Shown: piece after piece, positions 57,068-64,000 of the stretch
How the letters are laid out: every line of letters starts with the position of its first letter
Numbering within the stretch: the stretch's first letter is position 1
NCBI GenBank assembly: GCA_902386025.1
Contig: CABMHR010000004.1
Coordinates: forward strand, 1,075 to 65,074
Source of the DNA: an uncultured archaeon
Lineage (GTDB): Archaea > Nanobdellota > Nanobdellia > Pacearchaeales > GW2011-AR1
DNA length: 64,000 nt
Reading direction: 5' to 3'
Notes under the pieces: model-generated
What the model saw: only the letters and a program-made list of their open reading frames with translations
Told to the model about the DNA's origin: nothing
Database searches by the model: none
Made by a program: the position numbers and the translations under genes

Positions 57068-57104
57068 ATTTAGAATAGAAAAATTTGGTTTAAAAAGATT
57101 TGGT

Positions 57105-57758
57105 TTACCTTCTTTTCTTAACTCCAATTTTTGAGCAATATTCATTTATCGGACATATTGAGCATTTTGGAGAAATTGGAACGCAGATTTCTTTTCCAAA
57201 CTGCACAAATATTGCGTTAAAATCCTTCCAATATTTTTTTGGAAGTATTTTTCCCAATTCAAGCTCTGTGCTTTCTGGAGTTTTTGTTTTAACCCAGCCG
57301 AGCCTATTTGGAATCCTGTGACAATGCGTGTCTATTGGAAGGACATTTTTTCCGTAAGCAAATGCAAGGACTATGTTTGCTGTCTTTGGGCCAATGCCTT
57401 TTATAGACATTAACTCTTCTCTTGTATCTGGAACCTTTCCATTGTAATCTTTTAGGATTATTTCAGAAACGTGCTTTAATGTTCTTGCTTTCTTTTTATA
57501 ATGTCCAGAAGAAAAAATCAGCTTTTCTAGTTTTTTTACAGGAAGTTTCAGAATTTCTTCTGGGGTGTCTGCAACTTCAAATAATCTTCTTGAAGCAATT
57601 TCTGTATTCTTGTCCTGCGTTCTAAGAGAAAGAAGGCAGGAAATTAATATCTTAAATGCATCTGGATTTTTCCGCATTCTGTTTAATGTTGTTTTATCTG
57701 TGCTTGAATAATGAGATTTGAGAATCTTCATTATTTTAAGAATATTTTTATTAGGCAT
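57105..57758 (-). CDS. nth: endonuclease III (Nth)
   Basis: HhH-GPD (IKGIGPKTANIVL..D) and a 4Fe-4S cluster CVPISPKCSICPINEYC. Confidence 0.9.
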   Translation of the reverse strand: MPNKNILKIMKILKSHYSSTDKTTLNRMRKNPDAFKILISCLLSLRTQDKNTEIASRRLFEVADTPEEILKLPVKKLEKLIFSSGHYKKKARTLKHVSEIILKDYNGKVPDTREELMSIKGIGPKTANIVLAFAYGKNVLPIDTHCHRIPNRLGWVKTKTPESTELELGKILPKKYWKDFNAIFVQFGKEICVPISPKCSICPINEYCSKIGVKKRR

Positions 57759-57835
57759 TTTATGAATTAAGATGGAAATTATATAAAGATTACCAAGAGG
57801 GATTAAGAAACTTTTTTATTTATTCTGGGAAATTA

Positions 57836-57853
57836 TTATCACTTCTTTTTTAA
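57836..57853. repeat. intergenic element copy 2 (extended 57827-57875)
   Basis: Identical 18-mer to 54682-54699. Lies 23-70 nt 3' of the pduL stop. Confidence 0.7.
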
Positions 57854-57897
57854 TTATCTGTATCAACTGAACAAAACTCTTGGTTCTATTATATTGA

Positions 57898-58470
57898 CTA
57901 TCCTTTCCTTGCGAGCTCTCCGAATGTTTTTCCTGCTATCCCTGCTGCGTTTCCCTCATCTGTATCAAGATGAAGAGCCAGCTTAAAATCTTCAGAAACC
58001 CTGACAATTATATTATGAAAAGTAACTTCTCTTATCCCGCCTATTTTAATTGAAATATTCTGGTTGTTTTTTAATTTTAATTTTTTAGCTTCTTTTGCTG
58101 AAGCGTGGAGATGCCTTCTTGCTATTATGCAGGGTGCTTTTATTGAGTTGTTTTTATTTCTTACGAGAATATTTGCTGTGTTTGCTACGTCTCCTGAAAC
58201 TTTTATCTGCGGAAAAGGGCTTAGCTTTAGATTATATGCATCTGTCATTGAAATTTCCACCTGCGAGTTTTTTCTGAATGGGCCTAAAATTCTGACATCT
58301 TCTATCTTTTTGCTTTTGTTAATAATTTCAACTACTTTATCTGATGCAAATTCCCCTGGTTGCGACAGATTTTTTATACTATTCAGGGTTTGATTTTTTC
58401 CAAATAATTTTTCAAAATCTTCTTTTGAAAGATGCATATGCCTTGCAGATATCTCTATCGGGATTTTCAT
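57898..58470 (-). CDS. pduL: phosphate acyltransferase PduL
   Basis: Two PduL repeats: IEISARHMHLS and IIARRHLHAS, plus HLDTDEGNAAGI. Confidence 0.85.
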   Translation of the reverse strand: MKIPIEISARHMHLSKEDFEKLFGKNQTLNSIKNLSQPGEFASDKVVEIINKSKKIEDVRILGPFRKNSQVEISMTDAYNLKLSPFPQIKVSGDVANTANILVRNKNNSIKAPCIIARRHLHASAKEAKKLKLKNNQNISIKIGGIREVTFHNIIVRVSEDFKLALHLDTDEGNAAGIAGKTFGELARKG

Positions 58471-58471
58471 T

Positions 58472-59527
58472 TTATTCAGATGTTCTTAAAATTTTTAAAA
58501 CTTCCTCAACAGCAGTTCTTTCTTCATCTGTTTTTTTAACCCAAACTTTTGCTTTTGAGCTCTTTGAAGATATCATCTTTGAATTTTTTTCATTTTCTTC
58601 TTTGTTTAATCTGATTCCCAGATAAGAAAAATGACTGCATACATCTCTTCTCAACATAGGAACATTTTCTCCTATTGCGGCTGTAAAAACAAGATTATCA
58701 ATTCCATTCATTGCTGCGATATAAGAGCCGATTGCTTTTACTATGGAATATACAAACATTTCATAGGCTAATTTGCAATTTTTATCTTTGTTCATTTTTG
58801 AACGAACATCTCTAAAATCATTATATCCTGAAACTCCTTTTAATCCTGATTTCTCAGACAGCATTTCTTCTGCATCATATCCTTTTTTTTCAAGAAAGAA
58901 AATTATTCCTGGGTCAATTGTCCCAGAGCGCGTTCCCATAATTAATCCTTCAAGAGGAGTCAAGCCCATGCTTGTGTCTGCGGGTTTTCCGTTGATAATA
59001 GCAGATATGCTTGAACCAGCACCAAGATGGCAGGTTATTGTTTTTCCCTTCATATTTCTGGAGACATATTCGTGGGACAATCCGTGAAATCCATATCTTC
59101 TTATCCCATATTTTTTTGTTATTTCTTTTGGAATAGCATAAGTTCTTGCAATTTCCGGAATTTCTGAAAAAAACATTGTATCAAAAACAGCATACTGCGG
59201 TTTTTTGTATTTCTCGCATAGTTCAATTACTCTAATCTGCTTTGGATTGTGAAGAGAGGCAAATTCAGAAAATTCTTTTATTCTTTTTTTTATTTTTTCT
59301 GTGATTCTTGATGGTTTTTTTAAATCCCCTCCGTGGACAACGCGGTGGATTATTATGTCAATTTCTGAATTTATTTTCTCAAATATTTTTTTTACAGAAT
59401 CTTCATAATCTTCTTTTGTCTTTAATCTTTCATAATTTCCTGATTTTAGCAGTTCATAATTTTTGAACAAGCTGTATTTTATGCTTGAACTTCCAACATT
59501 AAATACAAGAATTACCCTCTCTTTCAT
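58472..59527 (-). CDS. ackA: acetate/propionate kinase
   Basis: VFNVGSSSIKYSLF, HRVVHGG, GFHGLSHEY, DTSMGLTPLEGLIMGTRSGTIDPG and FTAAIGEN. The stop is 2 nt before the pduL ATG. Confidence 0.9.
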   Translation of the reverse strand: MKERVILVFNVGSSSIKYSLFKNYELLKSGNYERLKTKEDYEDSVKKIFEKINSEIDIIIHRVVHGGDLKKPSRITEKIKKRIKEFSEFASLHNPKQIRVIELCEKYKKPQYAVFDTMFFSEIPEIARTYAIPKEITKKYGIRRYGFHGLSHEYVSRNMKGKTITCHLGAGSSISAIINGKPADTSMGLTPLEGLIMGTRSGTIDPGIIFFLEKKGYDAEEMLSEKSGLKGVSGYNDFRDVRSKMNKDKNCKLAYEMFVYSIVKAIGSYIAAMNGIDNLVFTAAIGENVPMLRRDVCSHFSYLGIRLNKEENEKNSKMISSKSSKAKVWVKKTDEERTAVEEVLKILRTSE

Positions 59528-59567
59528 AAATGTTTAAACCAAACATTCTTTTTAAGTTTGGCGATTT

Positions 59568-60038
59568 TTAGTGACTATATCTGTATTTTTTCCTGTGCTC
59601 TGCAACTGCGAGAATTAATACAAATAATATATCTGCTATCAGGAAAATCAAGAAAAAAGGATGCTGATACATCTTTATAGATAATTTTGCAATTGGTTCA
59701 TATAAGATTATGAAGCTGACTATTACTGCCATTCCAAAAGTCAGCAAAACAACTCCTGACATAGCATCTTTTACTTTTCCAAATTCTTTATTGTATTCCG
59801 GAGAGATTAAATCAATGAGCTTTTCAAATCCTCTGTTAAACAATTCAAGAATTATCACCAAAAAGCAGACTATTATTATTGTTATGAGGTAAATTTTTGA
59901 AACCTGAAGCAAAATTGCTGTGGAGATTATAATCGCAACTATCATAAGCTGGATTTTTATGTTTCTTTCGCTGGATATTCCCCTAAACAATCCTCTTGTT
60001 GCACAGAGAGCACTATCAATAAAGCTCACTCTTGTCAT
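59568..60038 (-). CDS. dgkA: DgkA-type (prokaryotic) diacylglycerol/undecaprenol kinase family protein
   Basis: ERNIKIQ, ELFNRGFEKLIDLISPE and KVKDAMSGVVL match DgkA motifs. Three to four TM segments. Confidence 0.7.
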   Translation of the reverse strand: MTRVSFIDSALCATRGLFRGISSERNIKIQLMIVAIIISTAILLQVSKIYLITIIIVCFLVIILELFNRGFEKLIDLISPEYNKEFGKVKDAMSGVVLLTFGMAVIVSFIILYEPIAKLSIKMYQHPFFLIFLIADILFVLILAVAEHRKKYRYSH

Positions 60039-60091
60039 TTCTCAAACTTGAGTTTTGGATTTATATAATTAATGTAGGAGAAATTAGGAAA

Positions 60092-60164
60092 TAGCCCCAC
60101 CAGGATTCGAACCTGGGTCACCGGCTCCAGAGGCCGATATACTTGACCGCTGTACTATGGGGCT
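60092..60164 (-). tRNA. tRNA-Gln (CUG)
   Basis: Reverse strand AGCCCCA/TGGGGCT acceptor (A1-U72), anticodon loop CTCTGGA, T arm CCAGG TTCGAAT CCTGG. Confidence 0.85.
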
Positions 60165-60332
60165 ATTAATCTAAATATATTTAATTATAGGATATTAAAA
60201 CCTTGCTAAATGAGATTTGACGGCTTCTGGCTTAATAACAACTCTTTTAAATCAAGGCAGATTGTAAAATTAAGAATAAGCTCCGTAGTCTAAAAAGCCA
60301 TACAGCTTAATACTTCGGAGGCAGGAGATAAG

Positions 60333-60625
60333 GCCCCCGTAGTCTAGAGGCCAAGGATACCACCCTCTCAAATGGATGCGAAGCAGACGTTTGACTAAGA
60401 AGTTCTTCGGAATTTCTGACTCAAAACGAACGTAGTGAGGTTTGATGAAGAATTGAAAAGTTCAGATTCAAACGGATACGAAATAATTTAGAGAAAGAGA
60501 GGTGATTTAATCTCGGTGAGAGCATGAATCTAGCATCTCAATGCAATCTCTCTTGAGAAAATCCAGGCGGATAAATCCGCTTTTGGAGAACGGTGGCGAC
60601 CCGAGTTCAAATCTCGGCGGGGGCA
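60333..60625 (+). tRNA. tRNA-Glu (CUC) with a 220-nt intron at position 37/38
   Basis: Acceptor GCCCCCG/CGGGGGC. Anticodon stem CCACC (60360-64) pairs with GGTGG (60592-96); loop CTCTCA|intron|C. T arm CCGAG TTCAAAT CTCGG. Mature length 73 nt. Confidence 0.8.
60371..60590 (+). other. tRNA-Glu intron (BHB-bounded)
   Basis: 4-bp helix C65-G88, U66-A87, C67-G86, U68-G85 (coordinates 603xx/605xx) flanked by 3-nt bulges CAA and AAC. Confidence 0.65.
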
Positions 60626-60706
60626 TAAATTATTTGAACGGGGGGAACCAGATTCAAATCAGATAATATTAGAAATGTTTTTATACATCTTTTTATTTTA
60701 TTAATT

Positions 60707-61006
60707 ATGGCTGGGGGTGTGACTATTTTAATAATTGTTGCTTTGATAGTGTTAGTGTTAGTTTTAGTCAGATTTAAAAAATTAAAGCATGAATTTACTG
60801 CTTTTGTTTTAATAGCATTAATCCTGCTTGCTTTTTTCAGCTTTAATTTAGCATTTAAAGGAAAAGATATTTCTGTCAATAATGTCTCTGATATTGAAAA
60901 TGTAATCAAAACTTATTTTCTTTGGTTTGGAAATGCATTTAGCAACGTGAAAGATATTACTGCTCAAGCAGTTAAAATGGATTGGCAGAGCAATAAAACA
61001 ACATAA
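60707..61006 (+). CDS. hypothetical membrane protein
   Basis: Two TM segments, 99 aa. Confidence 0.4.
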   Translation: MAGGVTILIIVALIVLVLVLVRFKKLKHEFTAFVLIALILLAFFSFNLAFKGKDISVNNVSDIENVIKTYFLWFGNAFSNVKDITAQAVKMDWQSNKTT

Positions 61007-61043
61007 TATTTATAAACTATAGTTCATAATACATACTATTACG

Positions 61044-61319
61044 ATGGTACGCAAAAAAAGAGCGAGAAAAACTGCAAGAAGAGCAAAAAGAGCAAGAATT
61101 TCAAGTTCAAAATATTCAAATAACTTTAAATTAGTTCTTCATAATTTATTCCTGTTCATTGCATTATCTTTTGTTTCATGGATTTTCTTCAAGCTTGTAA
61201 CTAATGATATTTTAGACAATTTATTTCAAGTTATGGCAATGGTTTTTGGATTTATTGCTGTTGGGTTGTTTATAGCTCTTTTAGTTTTGATTATTTCAAA
61301 AGCAATCAAGAAGAAATAA
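61044..61319 (+). CDS. hypothetical membrane protein with Arg/Lys-rich N-terminus
   Basis: MVRKKRARKTARRAKRAR followed by two TM segments. Confidence 0.4.
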   Translation: MVRKKRARKTARRAKRARISSSKYSNNFKLVLHNLFLFIALSFVSWIFFKLVTNDILDNLFQVMAMVFGFIAVGLFIALLVLIISKAIKKK

Positions 61320-61380
61320 ATATTTTTATAAACTAATTCTTGAATAATTTAATATGCATTTGCTACTTTAATTAAATGGT

Positions 61381-61488
61381 GCCTGCGTAGCTCAGTTGGT
61401 AGAGTACCACATTGGTAATGAAAATATCTTTCAGTTATAATTCATACTAAAAATGTGGGGGTCCTGAGTTCAATCCTCAGCACAGGCT
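61381..61488 (+). tRNA. tRNA-Thr (GGU) with a 35-nt intron (61418-61452) at position 37/38
   Basis: Anticodon stem CCACA/TGTGG, loop TTGGTA|intron|A. BHB: helix T12-A50, T13-A49, G14-T48, G15-C47 with bulges TAA and AAA. One C-A mismatch at 6:67 of the acceptor stem. Confidence 0.8.
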
Positions 61489-61494
61489 TGAAAA

Positions 61495-61950
61495 TTAATG
61501 CTTTAGAAAATGGATGACTTTTCCCTTTATTTTTGCAAGAACTTTTCCCATATGTTCCTCACTGGTATAATTTATTTTTTTATCCAGCTTTTCCTCAATC
61601 AATCCAAGAACCCCGTAAATAGTCTGTTTTAATGTCTGTTCTGTTGCAATATTTTCTGTTATTATTTTTTTTGGAAATTTTTTTGTTTTCTGTGCTTTTT
61701 TTATCAAATCTTTATATTCTAAATAATGCAGGGGGAAAGTTACAATTCCAATTCTTATTTTTTTCTTTCCCTTTAGTTTTTTTCCAAGATAGAGAATATC
61801 TTCTTCGCTGTCACATCCATTAAGAATAAAAATATTTTTTACCTCTCTGTTTTCTAATTCTTTAATAGTTCGTTTTTTTCTTTGTCTTCCCCAGCCTGTA
61901 GGAATCAATAAGTAATCTAATGGAACAAGTTTCCTCTTTTTTGATTTCAT
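61495..61950 (-). CDS. hypothetical protein (possibly DUF218/YdcF-like)
   Basis: 151 aa. TATA TTTTATAT lies 21 nt upstream. Family assignment is weak. Confidence 0.35.
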   Translation of the reverse strand: MKSKKRKLVPLDYLLIPTGWGRQRKKRTIKELENREVKNIFILNGCDSEEDILYLGKKLKGKKKIRIGIVTFPLHYLEYKDLIKKAQKTKKFPKKIITENIATEQTLKQTIYGVLGLIEEKLDKKINYTSEEHMGKVLAKIKGKVIHFLKH

Positions 61951-62024
61951 GTATTATTAAAAGAAATGAGAATATAAAAAGAATACTACGGAAAGTTTAA
62001 AAATTGAATATCCCCCATATTTGT

Positions 62025-62813
62025 ATGACTGAATATCATCCATTAGTAGTTCATTTTCAATTTATGAATGATAATGGAGAATTAGCAAGGAAATTATTTA
62101 ATTCTGGAAATTATTTTATTGCTTCAATTGTTCCGAACCTTCTGGATTCAGAAATGAAAACTGAAGAAGGAGAATCTATTTATGGGAGGATACACCCAGA
62201 AAATAATTTTTATCCCGATTGGGCAAAAGAAATATTTGGGGAAAATGGTAAGAGAACAGATATTGGGTGGGCACAGGAAGGATATAGACATTGTTGTGGA
62301 AGATGTTTTAATAAGGGAAGAGCATTGGGGAAAAAATCTCCGGATCCTCATCATGAACATGTATGTCTCGATGGAGTTGCACAATCTTTAGAGAAACAAA
62401 TTGAAGTTATTGCAAAAGGAAAAGATTTAATCAAAAGACAATTGGGAATATCTCCTCAATTTTATTGTCCTCCAAATCACCTTTATAACAAAGATACTTT
62501 AATTGCCGCGAAGGAAAATGGTTTTGATTTTTTTCTCTCAAGAAATGGTTTTGATTATTTTCTGCTGGGTTTAATCAATACTCCAGTTTATGAAAAAGGA
62601 GAATTAATCATGTTAACTGAATCAAAATATGGAAGTGCTCCATTAAGGATGACTTACTATGACCAACTTTGTGAAGACCCTGAAAATTTTGACGCTTTGC
62701 TTAAAAATTCTTCTTCTCTAACTTGTTTGAATATAGAAAATAAAAAACCTACTAAAGCAAGGGTTAGTGAAAAATTAATTACTGCTTATAAAAAATTAAG
62801 AGACCTGAAATAA
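62025..62813 (+). CDS. hypothetical protein (possibly polysaccharide-deacetylase-like fold)
   Basis: His/Cys-rich centre (QEGYRHCCGRCF..DPHHEHVC). ATG 62025 lies 21 nt from TTTAAAAA (61996-62003); the longer ORF needs a TTG start. Confidence 0.35.
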   Translation: MTEYHPLVVHFQFMNDNGELARKLFNSGNYFIASIVPNLLDSEMKTEEGESIYGRIHPENNFYPDWAKEIFGENGKRTDIGWAQEGYRHCCGRCFNKGRALGKKSPDPHHEHVCLDGVAQSLEKQIEVIAKGKDLIKRQLGISPQFYCPPNHLYNKDTLIAAKENGFDFFLSRNGFDYFLLGLINTPVYEKGELIMLTESKYGSAPLRMTYYDQLCEDPENFDALLKNSSSLTCLNIENKKPTKARVSEKLITAYKKLRDLK

Positions 62814-62883
62814 TTTTTATACATCCTTTTATTTCTTAATTTATGATTGAAAGAATTAAAAAGGTTCTTATCTTTATTTGTTG

Positions 62884-64000
62884 ATGAAGTTATTCGAAAA
62901 AGGGGAATTAAAACTACTTTGGCCTTTTTATTTCCAAGCTTTATTCGGTTCTATTTTTTATATTTATACTGCTTTTTCTATTCCTTATTTTTTGAAATTG
63001 GGATTTAATCTTACTCAAATTGGGATAATTGCTGCTGTTCTTGCTATTTCTCTTTTTATTTTTCAGATTCCCACGGGAATTATTGCAGATTTGATTGGAA
63101 GAAAAAAAATGCTACGATTCGGATATCTCTTTACCGGAATTCTTTTTTCTCTACTCTTCTTTTTTAAAGATTTTTATATAATTCTTCTACTATTTGTTCT
63201 TCTTGGATTTACCCAGTCTTTAATTTCGGGAAAAGATGAATCATGGGTAGTTGATTTGTTGTTGCATGAAAAAAGAAAAGATTTAATTAAAGATTATTAT
63301 AACAAACTAAATTCTATACTTTACTTAGGAGCTATTTGTTCTGGAATTATTGGAGCAATACTTGTCAAATCATTCGGATTGCCTATCTTTTTGTTATCTA
63401 CTGGTTTTGCTTACCTTTCTGGTTTTTTTGTTTTCTCATTCGGGAAGGAATCTTTTATTAATAATAAAAAGAAAATCCACAAATATTTTTTTAATCACAC
63501 AAAGAAATCTTTTCGATATATTTTACATAATAAAAATCTTTTATTATTAATCTTGATTGCTGCATTTGTAAGTATCTGTTCTTCTTTTTCAGGTTCTAAT
63601 ATGTGGAATGCTTTGTTTACAAAAATAGGATTAAAAGACTATTGGTTTGGGTATCTTTTTTCTGCAGTAAGTTTTTTCGGGTTTGTTATTCCTTTATTAA
63701 ATAAAAAAATAGTTAAGAAAACTGGGGGAGAGAAGAAATTTTTCATCTTTATTCTTTCTTTTATTTCTCTTATTTCCATAATGGTTATTTTGTTTAATTC
63801 TATCTTCGTTTTGATTTTATTGTTCTTACTTTATTCTTCATTATTCTTTTCTTATAATCCAGTTCGAGGATACTTTTTTCAGAATTTAATTTCAGGGAAG
63901 ATGAGAACAACGATTTTAGGAATTAATAATACTTTCATTCAATTAGTTTCAGCTCTTAGTCTTCCATTAGCAGGATTTGCGGCAGATAAACTCGGAATTA
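62884..64000 (+). CDS. MFS-type transporter, 3' end beyond the window (not in ORF track)
   Basis: Open frame from ATG 62884 to the window end with no stop. Multiple TM segments and an MFS motif-A-like PTGIIADLIGRKK. Confidence 0.6.
   Translation, partial: MKLFEKGELKLLWPFYFQALFGSIFYIYTAFSIPYFLKLGFNLTQIGIIAAVLAISLFIFQIPTGIIADLIGRKKMLRFGYLFTGILFSLLFFFKDFYIILLLFVLLGFTQSLISGKDESWVVDLLLHEKRKDLIKDYYNKLNSILYLGAICSGIIGAILVKSFGLPIFLLSTGFAYLSGFFVFSFGKESFINNKKKIHKYFFNHTKKSFRYILHNKNLLLLILIAAFVSICSSFSGSNMWNALFTKIGLKDYWFGYLFSAVSFFGFVIPLLNKKIVKKTGGEKKFFIFILSFISLISIMVILFNSIFVLILLFLLYSSLFFSYNPVRGYFFQNLISGKMRTTILGINNTFIQLVSALSLPLAGFAADKLGI

Noticed and set aside
60443-60470. C/D-box sRNA inside the tRNA-Glu intron (UGAUGA at 60443-60448).
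   Set aside because: There is no CUGA D box at the expected distance downstream. The only CUGA (60416-60419) lies upstream, and there is no terminal kink-turn pairing.
62004-62024. TTG-initiated N-terminal extension of the 62004-62813 ORF; the same issue applies to the extensions at 5677-5691, 7423-7458, 7957-8115, 8387-8443, 15493-15546, 37167-37184, 49246-49260, 51126-51164 and 57068-57145.
   Set aside because: In each case the internal ATG sits 21-22 nt from a TATA octamer. The extension would begin upstream of or within the promoter, or overlap a neighbouring gene.

Overview
Strongly AT-rich, gene-dense archaeal chromosomal segment with almost no non-coding space. It mostly encodes the information-processing core. 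Replication and repair: MCM (interrupted by an intein), an RPA32-like OB-fold protein, ATP-dependent DNA ligase, PolB, FEN1, RFC small and large subunits, type IA topoisomerase, RadB, endonuclease III and ScpB. Transcription: TBP, TFS, Rpo11/L and MBF1. Translation: aIF1A, aIF2-beta, aRF1, MetRS plus a separate tRNA-binding subunit, ValRS, L15e, L41e, NAC, Sec61-beta, Taw3 and Trm5. Also present are cell division genes FtsZ and MinD, CDC48 and signal peptidase. There are seven tRNA genes (Asn, Ile, Gly, Lys, Gln, Glu, Thr). Two carry bulge-helix-bulge introns at position 37/38, and the tRNA-Glu intron is about 220 nt. The gene content, the bacterial-type genes (pduL-ackA, dgkA, metK, topA) and the many small hypothetical or membrane proteins fit a small-genome, DPANN-like archaeon; this assignment is inference only. 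Accessory content is limited to a Fic protein next to a Cys-rich secreted protein, and a RelE/RHH pair in an atypical convergent layout. I found no rRNA, CRISPR array, transposase or integrase. The most unusual observations are: (1) two tandem, independently promoted micro-ORFs encoding almost pure poly-lysine peptides; (2) a near-invariant 21-22 nt spacing between the TATA box and the ATG, implying leaderless mRNAs, including two perfectly symmetric shared bidirectional TATA boxes; (3) the very long tRNA-Glu intron; (4) short direct duplications of tRNA termini next to three tRNA genes. All calls rest on motif recognition by eye and on manual base-pairing; no database search was run.
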